Shown here piece after piece: positions 1-8,961 of a stretch of DNA of 64,000 nucleotides (position 1 is the stretch's first letter; each line of letters opens with the position of its first letter). The notes under the pieces are model-generated. The model was not told the DNA's origin. It saw only the letters and a program-made list of their open reading frames with translations, and made no database searches. The stretch is taken from assembly GCA_965267575.1 (NCBI GenBank), contig OZ254086.1, forward strand, positions 768,001-832,000. Direction: 5' to 3'. Position numbers and translations under genes: made by a program. The stretch comes from Calditrichales bacterium (GTDB taxonomy: Bacteria; Calditrichota; Calditrichia; Calditrichales; J004).

Positions 1-368
1 AAATCCACGTAGCCGCTGGTGCCATCGCTCTTTTTGTAAGACACGCCGTAGTGTGTGCACATCCACATAGTGTTTTCGTCATCGACGGCCATGTAGAATA
101 CGCGGTCCTCCAGATCACTAAGTCCAAGATCGCTCTGCTCCCAGATCGTCCAGCCGGAAAGGTCAGCGGCCAGCGTGGAAACAGTCGCCACACCGGTGGC
201 AGCGTCTTTTTGTCCGCCAAACCAGATATCGCCGTCAAGATCAAAATCGATGCAGTAAATGGCGTTGTATGGTAATTCGCTGTTATCGTGCGTATACAGC
301 GTGTATTCCTGCGCCGACGAAAAAGCGGCGAAAAGGAACAAACTTAAAACGGTCACTAAACGGGTCAT
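1..368 (-). CDS. Secreted beta-propeller (two-component-regulator propeller-like) protein, truncated by the window edge
   Basis: Not in the ORF track; translated by hand from ATG at 368: MTRLVTVLSLFLFAAFSSAQEYTLYTHDNSELPYNAIYCIDFDLDGDIWFGG...VFYMAVDDENTMWMCTHYGVS. It has a signal peptide and D..G.IW.G / D...MW..T..G propeller repeats. A GGAGGAG RBS lies at 374-380. Confidence 0.7.
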   Translation of the reverse strand, partial: MTRLVTVLSLFLFAAFSSAQEYTLYTHDNSELPYNAIYCIDFDLDGDIWFGGQKDAATGVATVSTLAADLSGWTIWEQSDLGLSDLEDRVFYMAVDDENTMWMCTHYGVSYKKSDGTSGYVD

Positions 369-393
369 AATGACTCCTCCTTATTATGAAACT

Positions 394-1389
394 TTACAGT
401 GAAATGCCAAGAGCAAAGCGGTGCACATCACCAAGCACACCGTGTTCGGCAAAAGCGTAATCCAGCCTCGAAGCGGCGCCAAACATGCCAAGCGCCAGTC
501 CCCCGCCAAAAGAGAATTCTCCGATATCGTAGTTCATTTTGTAGGCGGCGCGCAAAAAGGCCAGGTTGTTAAGGCCGTATTCCGTGGCAAAAGTGATGCG
601 TTGTTCATTATCGCTGGGCACGTTTACATCGGCCATTACAAGCCAGGTCGATGATTCAAACTCCATCGGTTCAAAGGCCACGCCCATCTGAAAAATCTGT
701 GGCAGGCGAAACTCCTTGCTCAGCCTCTCAATACGCGGATTGTTGTCCGTGCTGATCGCTTTTTCTTCGGCGATCTTTCTGTCTATATCATCACCGGAGA
801 AACTGAGTTTACCGGCCACGTTGCGGATGGCCATACCCAGGCGGATGTTGAGAAATTCCGCTTTGTAAACGGAGCCCACGTCAAAAGCAACCTGGTCGGC
901 TGTCTCATTCCAGATAAATTCCTGCACGTATTTAACCGTAATGCCAAAAGAAAAGCTGGAAGTAAGCGAGCGCGCGTAGGTGGCGCCAATGGCAATGTCG
1001 CCGGCGCTGTAATATTCGCCGGTGCCGTCCTGATCAAATACGGTTGTTATCTCCTCATCATCCATGTAGAACGAGGTTACCGAAAGCCCAATGCTGCCCA
1101 GGTCTTGCCCCAGGTTATGAACGATGCCGCCATAAGCCAGCTTGGTATCCAGGAACCAGTCGGTGTGCGCCAGAAGCAGATCGGTATTCTCTACCTGCGC
1201 GGCCCCGGCAGGATTCCAGTAGAGGGCTTCGGCGCCGTTGGTAAGGGCCGTAAGCGCGCCACCCAGAGAAGCGCCGCGCGGGTCTACGGCAATCTGCAGA
1301 AAGTTTGCGCCGCTTTGCCCCAGGTTACCCTGCGCCAACAGGGGTGTGCCTGCGCAAAAGACGAGTAATAAAATTACAATACGTTTCAT
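394..1389 (-). CDS. PorV/PorQ-family outer-membrane beta-barrel protein
   Basis: Signal peptide followed by the PorV/FadL-like N-terminal motif FLQIAVDPRGASLGGA...ALYWNPAG; amphipathic beta-strands; ends in HRFALGISL. Confidence 0.85.
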   Translation of the reverse strand: MKRIVILLLVFCAGTPLLAQGNLGQSGANFLQIAVDPRGASLGGALTALTNGAEALYWNPAGAAQVENTDLLLAHTDWFLDTKLAYGGIVHNLGQDLGSIGLSVTSFYMDDEEITTVFDQDGTGEYYSAGDIAIGATYARSLTSSFSFGITVKYVQEFIWNETADQVAFDVGSVYKAEFLNIRLGMAIRNVAGKLSFSGDDIDRKIAEEKAISTDNNPRIERLSKEFRLPQIFQMGVAFEPMEFESSTWLVMADVNVPSDNEQRITFATEYGLNNLAFLRAAYKMNYDIGEFSFGGGLALGMFGAASRLDYAFAEHGVLGDVHRFALGISL

Positions 1390-1407
1390 GGGCTTTTCAC
1401 TCCTGTT

Positions 1408-3288
1408 TTATCGAATTATGGCAAAACGGCCTACTTTTTCGCCGAGGTCCGATTTGACGTGGTAAAAATAGATGCCCGATACAACCGGTCGCTGCTCGGA
1501 CGACAACATGTTCCACTCCAGCCGGCCGGAAGGACCGCTATGCTGCAGCGTCTGTACCAGATCGCCGTCGACCGTGTATATTTTTACGGTGGATTGCGCC
1601 GGCAGGTTGGTAAAGCTGACGTTGCGTACCGGCTCGCCGAAGGCGTAATTGCCCAGGCGCTCTTCGTCCCAGCGCGCCGAGATAACAAAAGGATTGGGCA
1701 CAACGCGTATCTTGTCCATATCCGCTTTGGTTTGCGCAGGATTGCTAACGGGTTGCACGATAGCGGCATTCTTTACGTTATCAATATTATCCAGCGAGCC
1801 AAGCCGGTTGGATTCCTCGATCAGTCCGGCGGCATTCTCGCGGTATGCGGATACATTATAGATGTAGCTGAATCCATTATAAACGGCGTCGGTGTCCTGG
1901 TACTGGTAGGCGTTTTCAACATAAACGGAATCACCGGTATAAGTTGCTGGGATGGTATCGAGCGCTTCCCATTGCTTTAGTGCCACCTGGTCCGTGGTGC
2001 GATAGACAATGTAGCCTTGCAGATCGGGGTCATCCAGTTCCACCTGGTTGTCCCAGGAAAGATCAACGGCGTGGTCATTGGCGGTGGCTTTTACGGTTGG
2101 CGCGCCCACAACCGGAATATTAAAGTCAGGATAGTAATCCCAGAGCTGATCGATATTAGCCATAAGGTCTTCGATGTTGTCACCTACGGAAACAGCGACC
2201 CAGAACTCGGCACGTTCACCGGGCTGGATATCAAAGGGGCCGTTGGCAATATATGCGACCATGGCGCCGCCGACTAGATTGCCGTCTTCATCGGTGATGC
2301 GTGTCGTCTCGGGGTCGTCGTAACGGGTCCCGTTAATCGGATTGTCGCCAAGATGGAAATAATCGCTTACTTCCACATCCGGGTGATCGTGGAACCAGGT
2401 GGTATCCGAGCGCATCAGGTTGTAGCTGAGGCTGTCCCAGAAAGCGGCATTAACGCGCACTTCATCCACGGCCACGTCAATCCAGTGCCAGTCGGTTATA
2501 CCGTTATTATTGGGCGTCTGCAGAAAGGTGATGCCAACCGGGAAGGGGTAATTGTTTTCGTCGTTGATCCATTCGTCGCTGACACCATCGGAATCATAAA
2601 AATAGATCGTTTCACGGTCTTTGTCGAAACCGATGCAATCATCCGCCCATTCGCGGGCGTCGTTGGCGTTTCCGCCCACATCGATGTCAGAGTAGAAGTT
2701 AAAATACATATCTTGCAGCGGCCGGGCAGAGGCGTTTTCGATTTCAAATTTCAAAACGATAAAACGATCCGCTGTCGGAACACCCCAGGCGTAGGTGGTC
2801 TGGTGAACGCGAATGCCCATCAGCGCGTCCTGCTCGCCATTATTGGCATAGCGCCAGTTGGTGGAATCGCTGAAAACACAATAGCTGTCCTGCTGCGACA
2901 AAATGATCGGATTGCCGTTTTCATCCTGCACGGGCCATCCCCATGTGGGCCAGGTGCTGGGATCATCGCTGATGGCGATTTCTGCATTGCCGGCATCGTA
3001 ACCGCCGATGGCGTCAAATTCCTCGTAGCGGCCGTCTGCAGCACTGATGACATTGTAGGGAACGCCGATCATCAGGCATTGGCGGTACATGGCGATATGC
3101 CCGCTGTTGATCGGGTATTCCAGCGTTTTTTCAAATTGCCCGCCATAGGGATAAAACTGGCCGATATTGGTTGTAAACCATCCCAGACGCCCCACGTTAT
3201 GCGTGGCGAAGGCACGGTCTTCAAGCCCGGCATAAGAAAAGGCAACGGAAAGCAAAATTGCCGAAATGAGCGTTTTAAAAAGCTTCAA
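1408..3288 (-). CDS. Secreted protein of unknown function with an FN3-like segment and a T9SS-like C-terminal sorting domain
   Basis: TTG start with AAGGAGG RBS; signal peptide; DIDVG...DDCIGFD motif; C-terminus IRVVPNPF...FTNLP...IYTVDGDLV...W...VVSGIYFY...GRFAIIR. Confidence 0.75.
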   Translation of the reverse strand: MKLFKTLISAILLSVAFSYAGLEDRAFATHNVGRLGWFTTNIGQFYPYGGQFEKTLEYPINSGHIAMYRQCLMIGVPYNVISAADGRYEEFDAIGGYDAGNAEIAISDDPSTWPTWGWPVQDENGNPIILSQQDSYCVFSDSTNWRYANNGEQDALMGIRVHQTTYAWGVPTADRFIVLKFEIENASARPLQDMYFNFYSDIDVGGNANDAREWADDCIGFDKDRETIYFYDSDGVSDEWINDENNYPFPVGITFLQTPNNNGITDWHWIDVAVDEVRVNAAFWDSLSYNLMRSDTTWFHDHPDVEVSDYFHLGDNPINGTRYDDPETTRITDEDGNLVGGAMVAYIANGPFDIQPGERAEFWVAVSVGDNIEDLMANIDQLWDYYPDFNIPVVGAPTVKATANDHAVDLSWDNQVELDDPDLQGYIVYRTTDQVALKQWEALDTIPATYTGDSVYVENAYQYQDTDAVYNGFSYIYNVSAYRENAAGLIEESNRLGSLDNIDNVKNAAIVQPVSNPAQTKADMDKIRVVPNPFVISARWDEERLGNYAFGEPVRNVSFTNLPAQSTVKIYTVDGDLVQTLQHSGPSGRLEWNMLSSEQRPVVSGIYFYHVKSDLGEKVGRFAIIR

Positions 3289-3306
3289 GAGCGCCTCCTT
3301 ATGGAA

Positions 3307-5823
3307 TTAATAGTCAAACCTGAAACCAAGGTAGATTAAACGGGGACTACCGTAGTTAAGCGGGTTGTTGGCCCAGTCGCGCGTACGGCCTTCGATGTAA
3401 TCCGGTTGGCCGGTAAACGGATCGACATAGAGCACGTTTTCGCGGTCGGTCAGATTGAACACCTCGAGATAACCGGTCAGGTCAAAGGCATCCATTTGAA
3501 ATTTGCGATCCAGCTTCAGATCAATAGTCCAGTACTCCGGCAGGCGGCGATTGTTTACTTCGTAAGGTTCCACAATACTGCGCGTGCCTTTGGTATAAGG
3601 CAGGCCGCTCCCATACTGGAAAAGCAATGTGGTGCGTATATTCTCCAGCAAGGCGAAACCGCCAACTTCAGGCCCTTCATTTTCCAGGAAACGGTAGCTG
3701 AGGTAGCCGTTTATGGTATGGCGCTGGTCAAAATCCAGCGGGAAAAATTTCAGGCTCTGGCGGTTGGCCTCTTCCGAGCCAACGCGCTCCAGCGGACCGG
3801 AGCTGCTGCCTTCGGCAACAGAGTAGGTGTAGCTGAGCTCGCCAAACAGGTTTTTTCCGCGCGACTTCTTGATCTGCAGTTCGAGACCGTTGTTGTAGGC
3901 GAAATCCTCATTCACAAGCGCCGTCCATGTTTCCCAGTAAGGCACGCCGTCGCGGGATACATCGCCGGCAAAGAAGGTGCGCGCACCGGTCAGGTTAGTG
4001 ATCTTTTTGCTATAAACGGACACATTAACCAGGTAATCTTCCATAAACTGGTGGCTCAGGCCAAACTCATACGCCACTGTTTTTTCGGGCTTCAGGTTGG
4101 GATTGCCAAAACGGCCGTTTCCGGCGCGCAGATTCATCACGATGTTTTGATCGTAATTGTCATCGCTCAGCGCTTTATAGATAAACTGGTATTCCGGGCG
4201 CTGAAAATAGTGGCCGTAGCCAAAATGAAATACGGTCTTTTCGCTAACCGGGTAACTAATACCAAGCCGCGGACTGAGCTGCGTGTGCGTTTCCGCGGAT
4301 TTAAAGTTTTCCGTATTGTTTTGGAAAGCGTCATAGGGTGATTCCCAGAAATCGGTATTGGGATTGGTGAGATCAAAACGCAATCCGGCGCTTAACAGAA
4401 TATTTGAGAAATTAATTTTATCCTGGATATATGCGGAAAACTCATAAGGCTCTACACTGTAATTATCCAGAGTGTGGTCATCATAATAAGGCGATACGAT
4501 CAGATATTCGTCCAGGTAATGCTGCCTTACTTCAACGCCGGCTTTTATCTCATTATAGTTGTTGGCCTGCCACAAACCATCTGCCTTAATACCAAAAGTA
4601 AGCTGATCCGTCTCTTCAAAACTGCTGACGGTGGCGGAGGTATAAAACTCTTTATTATTGTCCAATGTATAGGCCGGGGTTAAATCTCCGGGTCCGTATT
4701 CGCCGGAATCATAATGGAACGAATTGGCATAGGCCGCAGCCGTATAATACATGTTATCGGACAACGTATGGGTCATTGAAAAATTGACCATGCCCGAGTT
4801 TGTGCGTGGTTCGGGAAAATACTGCTCTTCGATATATTTAAAGCTGTGGCGATAACTTTTGCGCTGGCGGTCGGAGATGTTGCCGGATACGGACAGCTTA
4901 ATGTTATTCATATGCCGCGATGTGATCTTGCCAAATATGTTGTATTGCGTGTTGTAGCCCCAGGGCAAATAGGTATCGCGGTCATCAAAACTGCCGGAAA
5001 CGAAAAAGCCCAGATTGGGGTCGAACAGCGAGCCACTGAAATTGGAGCGCACAATAGTTCTGTTGTAATCGGTACTGGCCTGTTCAAAACCTGCTGCCGT
5101 CGATCTCACATCCACATCAAAACCGAACTCGCCGCGCCCTTCCTGCGTGGTGATGTTGATAATCCCGCTCATGGCGTTACCGTATTCGGCGCTGTACGTA
5201 CCGCTGATCACCTGCATTTCGCTGATGATATCTTTATTAATAATCTCCGTGGAGTTGATTTCGCTGAACAGCGGGTTAACCATAGGCACACCGTCCACGT
5301 AGTAGACAACCTCTCCGGAGCGGCCGCCGCGGAAATGTAACCCTCCGCTGTTTACCACTCCGGGCTGTATGGCCAGTACTTCATTGACACTATTGGCGGG
5401 CACCAGCTCCATCTCCTCGGAAGAGAGGCTGCGCGTGGTGGCTGAAATATCTTTTTCAACAAGCGGGCGCTCGGCCACAACGGTGACCGCTTCACTCTCC
5501 AGAACACCGGAAGAAAGTGCAATATCCACCACGGCAATACGGTTACTGCGCACGCGCACATCGGCGATTGTCTTGCTGACATAGCCCACGTAATCAATTT
5601 GCAGGTCATATGTACCGGGCGGCACCTGGAGAATGACAAAATAGCCTTCGATGTCTGTTGCGGCGCCCTGCTTCAGTTCCTCGATGTAAACATTGGCGCC
5701 GGGCAGCACTTCCCCGGTCTGGGCATCTGTGACCACACCGGATATTTTTCCGAAGTTGCCGGCGTGGGCCGCAACGCAAGCAATTAAAAACCATAAAGCT
5801 GCTCGCAATGAAATCTTTAGCAT
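3307..5823 (-). CDS. TonB-dependent receptor with N-terminal carboxypeptidase-regulatory-like domain
   Basis: GKISGVVTDAQTGEVLPGANV N-domain; plug motifs LHFRGGRSGEVVYYVDG and GTYSAEYGNAMSGIINITT; NPNLKPEKT; aromatic barrel C-terminus LGFRFDY. Confidence 0.92.
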   Translation of the reverse strand: MLKISLRAALWFLIACVAAHAGNFGKISGVVTDAQTGEVLPGANVYIEELKQGAATDIEGYFVILQVPPGTYDLQIDYVGYVSKTIADVRVRSNRIAVVDIALSSGVLESEAVTVVAERPLVEKDISATTRSLSSEEMELVPANSVNEVLAIQPGVVNSGGLHFRGGRSGEVVYYVDGVPMVNPLFSEINSTEIINKDIISEMQVISGTYSAEYGNAMSGIINITTQEGRGEFGFDVDVRSTAAGFEQASTDYNRTIVRSNFSGSLFDPNLGFFVSGSFDDRDTYLPWGYNTQYNIFGKITSRHMNNIKLSVSGNISDRQRKSYRHSFKYIEEQYFPEPRTNSGMVNFSMTHTLSDNMYYTAAAYANSFHYDSGEYGPGDLTPAYTLDNNKEFYTSATVSSFEETDQLTFGIKADGLWQANNYNEIKAGVEVRQHYLDEYLIVSPYYDDHTLDNYSVEPYEFSAYIQDKINFSNILLSAGLRFDLTNPNTDFWESPYDAFQNNTENFKSAETHTQLSPRLGISYPVSEKTVFHFGYGHYFQRPEYQFIYKALSDDNYDQNIVMNLRAGNGRFGNPNLKPEKTVAYEFGLSHQFMEDYLVNVSVYSKKITNLTGARTFFAGDVSRDGVPYWETWTALVNEDFAYNNGLELQIKKSRGKNLFGELSYTYSVAEGSSSGPLERVGSEEANRQSLKFFPLDFDQRHTINGYLSYRFLENEGPEVGGFALLENIRTTLLFQYGSGLPYTKGTRSIVEPYEVNNRRLPEYWTIDLKLDRKFQMDAFDLTGYLEVFNLTDRENVLYVDPFTGQPDYIEGRTRDWANNPLNYGSPRLIYLGFRFDY

Positions 5824-5866
5824 AAGGCTCTCCGCGTGAAGGTGAATACGAAAATAAAGTTACACA

Positions 5867-5895
5867 AAGATATATTCACGTAATTTTTTTGTCAA
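5867..5895 (-). promoter_or_regulatory. Sigma70-type promoter for the TBDR operon
   Basis: Minus strand TTGACA (5895-5890), 17 nt spacer, TATCTT (5872-5867), about 45 nt upstream of the TBDR start codon. Confidence 0.65.
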
Positions 5896-6119
5896 GTTGA
5901 ATTTTAAGAATCGGCATCCCATTAACTGGAAAAGGCACGTAAATTACTGTTAATATTAGATTTAATGCCATATATATAAATTTATGCATCTGATAATCGT
6001 GTTATTTTTCTGCTTATTTCCACAAATTGAACCAAATGAGTAATGAAAAAAAAGCATATTGTTTTTGTAATTATTTTTTCATATGATTAGAAAAATGATT
6101 TTTAAGTTTCAGGCTTATC

Positions 6120-7241
6120 ATGACAACTTCTCAAGATAGTATTATTGAACTGTTCCTGCAGTTGGTAGCCATAGATGCCGTTTCCAAAGCGGAAAAACCT
6201 GTCGCCGATTTTATCCGCAATTATCTTAATAAAAGAGAGATTGAAGTTTTTGAAGACAAAAGCGGATCGATCGTCGGTGGTAACAGCGGCAACATCATAG
6301 CACGGGTAGGAAATGGCACGGCGCCCAAAATAGCCTTCACCGCACACATGGATACGGTTAAATCCACCAGGGGCATTAAACCGCAGCAGGTAGACGGTAT
6401 GATACGCACAGACGGTCATACGATTCTAGGTGCGGACAACCGGGCAGGCATCGCCATAATCCTGCACAGCATCGATCGTCTTCTGCAATCGCGCAAAGAA
6501 TTCCCTTCCTTTGAAATAATTTTTACAATCGGCGAAGAAACGGGCCTGTTCGGTTCCATGAATTTGGACCTGAGCATCCTGCAATCGCGCATTGCCTATA
6601 CGCTGGATTCTTCCGCCGATCCCGGCAAATATGTGCTGGCCGCTCCCTCCGCCTGGGAGTTTAAAATCCGTCTTACGGGAAAAGGCAGCCATGCGGCCGT
6701 AAATCCCGGTGCCGGCATAAACGCAATCACCATGGCAAGAGATCTTTTAGGCGAAATAAATACAGGCCAGGTCGACCCGCATACCACCGTTAATGTCGGT
6801 GTCATTAAAGGCGGCGAAGCCAATAACATTGTGCCCGAGTCGGTCTTTATGAGCGGCGAAGTACGCTCTTTCCGTGAAGAGAGTCTCAAAAAATATCTGA
6901 AACAGATTGAAGAGTGCTGCCGCCAGATCAGCGGACGTTACAACGGGCGTTGCGGGTATGAGCAGGAACGGGCTTTCCCCGGATTTCATCTGGACAGTAA
7001 CACGCCCGCCATTCGCCTGCTGGAAGAAGCTTACCAGACTAACAACCTGACACCCGATCCGCTGGTTTATCACGGCGCTTCCGATGCCAATATTCTCAAC
7101 GGCCGTGGCATCACCTGTATCGATGTCGGTATCGGCGCCAAGAACCCGCACAGCTTTGACGAATACATAGCGGTTGCAGATCTGGTTAAAATGTCCGATG
7201 TTGTGCTCACTTTGGTACAAAATCAGGCATGTTTAGAATGA
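6120..7241 (+). CDS. M20 family metallopeptidase (peptidase T-like)
   Basis: Metal-binding motifs AHMDTV, LGADNRAG and GEETG; dimerisation-domain motif GKGSHA; C-terminal GASDAN and NPHSFDE. Confidence 0.9.
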   Translation: MTTSQDSIIELFLQLVAIDAVSKAEKPVADFIRNYLNKREIEVFEDKSGSIVGGNSGNIIARVGNGTAPKIAFTAHMDTVKSTRGIKPQQVDGMIRTDGHTILGADNRAGIAIILHSIDRLLQSRKEFPSFEIIFTIGEETGLFGSMNLDLSILQSRIAYTLDSSADPGKYVLAAPSAWEFKIRLTGKGSHAAVNPGAGINAITMARDLLGEINTGQVDPHTTVNVGVIKGGEANNIVPESVFMSGEVRSFREESLKKYLKQIEECCRQISGRYNGRCGYEQERAFPGFHLDSNTPAIRLLEEAYQTNNLTPDPLVYHGASDANILNGRGITCIDVGIGAKNPHSFDEYIAVADLVKMSDVVLTLVQNQACLE

Positions 7242-8086
7242 AGGACATCCAGCAAACCATTGTTGAAAAGGCGGGGAGTTTCTCCAAAAACCAGAAAGCG
7301 CTGGCCAACTACCTGCTGGAAAACCTGGAAACGGTGCCCCTGCTTTCGGTGAACGAAGTGGCCCGCAATGTAGGATGCAGCACGGCCACCGTTGTACGCT
7401 TTACCCGCGTTCTTGGTTTTGACGGCTACCTCGATTTTCGCAATCACCTGCTGAAACTGCTTAAAACAAAACTTTCACCACTGGAACGATACAAGGAAAC
7501 TCTGTCCCAAAAAGCGGAGATGCCCAATACCCTGGAAAAGGTCTCCGATCAGGTGATCGAGAATCTTAAATACAGTGTAAAACACAACGATCTGAATGAA
7601 TTCAAACAAATCGTTGAACATATACGCAAGGCGGAAAATATCTTTTGCGCGGGGCTGGGCATCAGCAAACACATGTCCGAGATCCTGACTTACCTGCTGA
7701 AACTGTACATGAAAAAAGCATTTACGCTGACCAACGATTCACCTTCTTTTCAGGAGCAGGTAATTCTGCTAAACCCAAAAGATCTGCTTTTTGTGTTCAG
7801 CTTTCCGCCCTACAGCCGGCCGACGGTGGACCTGGCCAGGGAAGCCAGCGAGATGGGCATCACGGTCATCGCCTTCACAGATAAGCGCACAGCACCCGTA
7901 ATGGAGTTTTGCGAACACGCCCTGCTGGCGCGCAGTGACAATATTCTGTTTACAAACTCACTCGGCGCCATTGCCGCCCTGATGAACGCGCTCATCACCG
8001 AGCTGGCCTTGTGCGAAGAAACCACGGTGATCAGCGGCCTGGAAAAAGTGGAAAACTATCTTAACGACAAGCGCTACTTTTATTAA
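7238..8086 (+). CDS. MurR/RpiR family transcriptional regulator (HTH + SIS)
   Basis: HTH motif LSVNEVARNVGCSTATVVRFTRVLGFDGY; SIS motifs GLGISK, FSFPPYS and IAFTD. The ATG at 7238 overlaps the upstream stop codon (ATGA). Confidence 0.92.
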   Translation: MKDIQQTIVEKAGSFSKNQKALANYLLENLETVPLLSVNEVARNVGCSTATVVRFTRVLGFDGYLDFRNHLLKLLKTKLSPLERYKETLSQKAEMPNTLEKVSDQVIENLKYSVKHNDLNEFKQIVEHIRKAENIFCAGLGISKHMSEILTYLLKLYMKKAFTLTNDSPSFQEQVILLNPKDLLFVFSFPPYSRPTVDLAREASEMGITVIAFTDKRTAPVMEFCEHALLARSDNILFTNSLGAIAALMNALITELALCEETTVISGLEKVENYLNDKRYFY

Positions 8087-8109
8087 ACACAAACCGGTTC
8101 AGGTATAAC

Positions 8110-8922
8110 ATGAAGATTTTCTGGTTAATTCTGCTATCTCTCACCCTGCTTTTTTGCACCCAACAACAACCCGAACCCACAAAGGGCAACCTGCTGATTA
8201 TCGGTGGTGGCAAGCGCCCGGATTACGTGATGAAAAAATTCGTTGATCTGGCCGGTGGCCCTGAGGCGCGTATCGCAATTATCCCCACGGCAAGCTCATA
8301 CTACCTGGAATCGGGTAAGCGCTATAAAGAGACATTTCTGGAGCTGGGCGCTGCAGAAGCCGCTTCCTTTAATATTCTTACCACGGAAATTGCCAACAGC
8401 GACAGCATTGCGGAAGCGCTTAAAAGCTACGACGGCTTTTTCTTTGGCGGCGGTAACCAGAACAAGCTGACAGAATTTATGCTGGGCACGCGGGCATTGC
8501 AGATCATTAAAGATGCTCATGCCAATGGCGCAGCGATTGGCGGTACCAGCGCGGGCGCGGCCATTATGAGCGATATCATGATTACCGGTGACGGCAACTG
8601 GGAGATTGCCGTTCGCGACAGCGTTGTGACAACGCAGGGTTTCGGCTTTGTGCAAAACACCGTCATCGATCAGCACTTTTTCGCGCGGCGGCGCTTTAAC
8701 CGGCTGCTGGCCGTATGTGTGCAAAACAGGGTAAACGGCCTGGGCATAGACGAGAGCACGGCCATTTGGGTAAAGCCGGATAATACAATGGAAGTAATTG
8801 GCGAGAGCATTGTCATCGCCCTGGATACGCAGCAGGCGCGCTGGCCGGAAAAAAGCGATTCGCTGTTAACGGCCCGAGATCTCAGGCTGGGCATATACAA
8901 ACACGGCGACACACTTCCCTAA
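8110..8922 (+). CDS. cphB: Cyanophycinase (peptidase S51), predicted lipoprotein
   Basis: Motifs LLIIGGG, IPTAS, FFGGGNQ, nucleophile GGTSAGA, IDQHF and GIDEST; N-terminal hydrophobic stretch ending in LLFC. Confidence 0.85.
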   Translation: MKIFWLILLSLTLLFCTQQQPEPTKGNLLIIGGGKRPDYVMKKFVDLAGGPEARIAIIPTASSYYLESGKRYKETFLELGAAEAASFNILTTEIANSDSIAEALKSYDGFFFGGGNQNKLTEFMLGTRALQIIKDAHANGAAIGGTSAGAAIMSDIMITGDGNWEIAVRDSVVTTQGFGFVQNTVIDQHFFARRRFNRLLAVCVQNRVNGLGIDESTAIWVKPDNTMEVIGESIVIALDTQQARWPEKSDSLLTARDLRLGIYKHGDTLP

Positions 8923-8952
8923 AAAGAAAGGCGGCTCGCTGGCCGCCTTTTT
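8923..8952. terminator. Bidirectional intrinsic terminator
   Basis: AAAGGCGGC-TCGCTG-GCCGCCTTTTT between convergent genes. Confidence 0.8.
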
Positions 8953-8961
8953 AGTTCCTGC

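Noticed and set aside
2353-4341. Long antisense ORFs (2353-3339, 3406-4341; likewise 33043-34224, 49446-50831, 53436-54362, 56078-57268, 60436-61332)
   Set aside because: They lie opposite well-supported genes, have no recognisable motifs, and are the expected shadows of codon bias.
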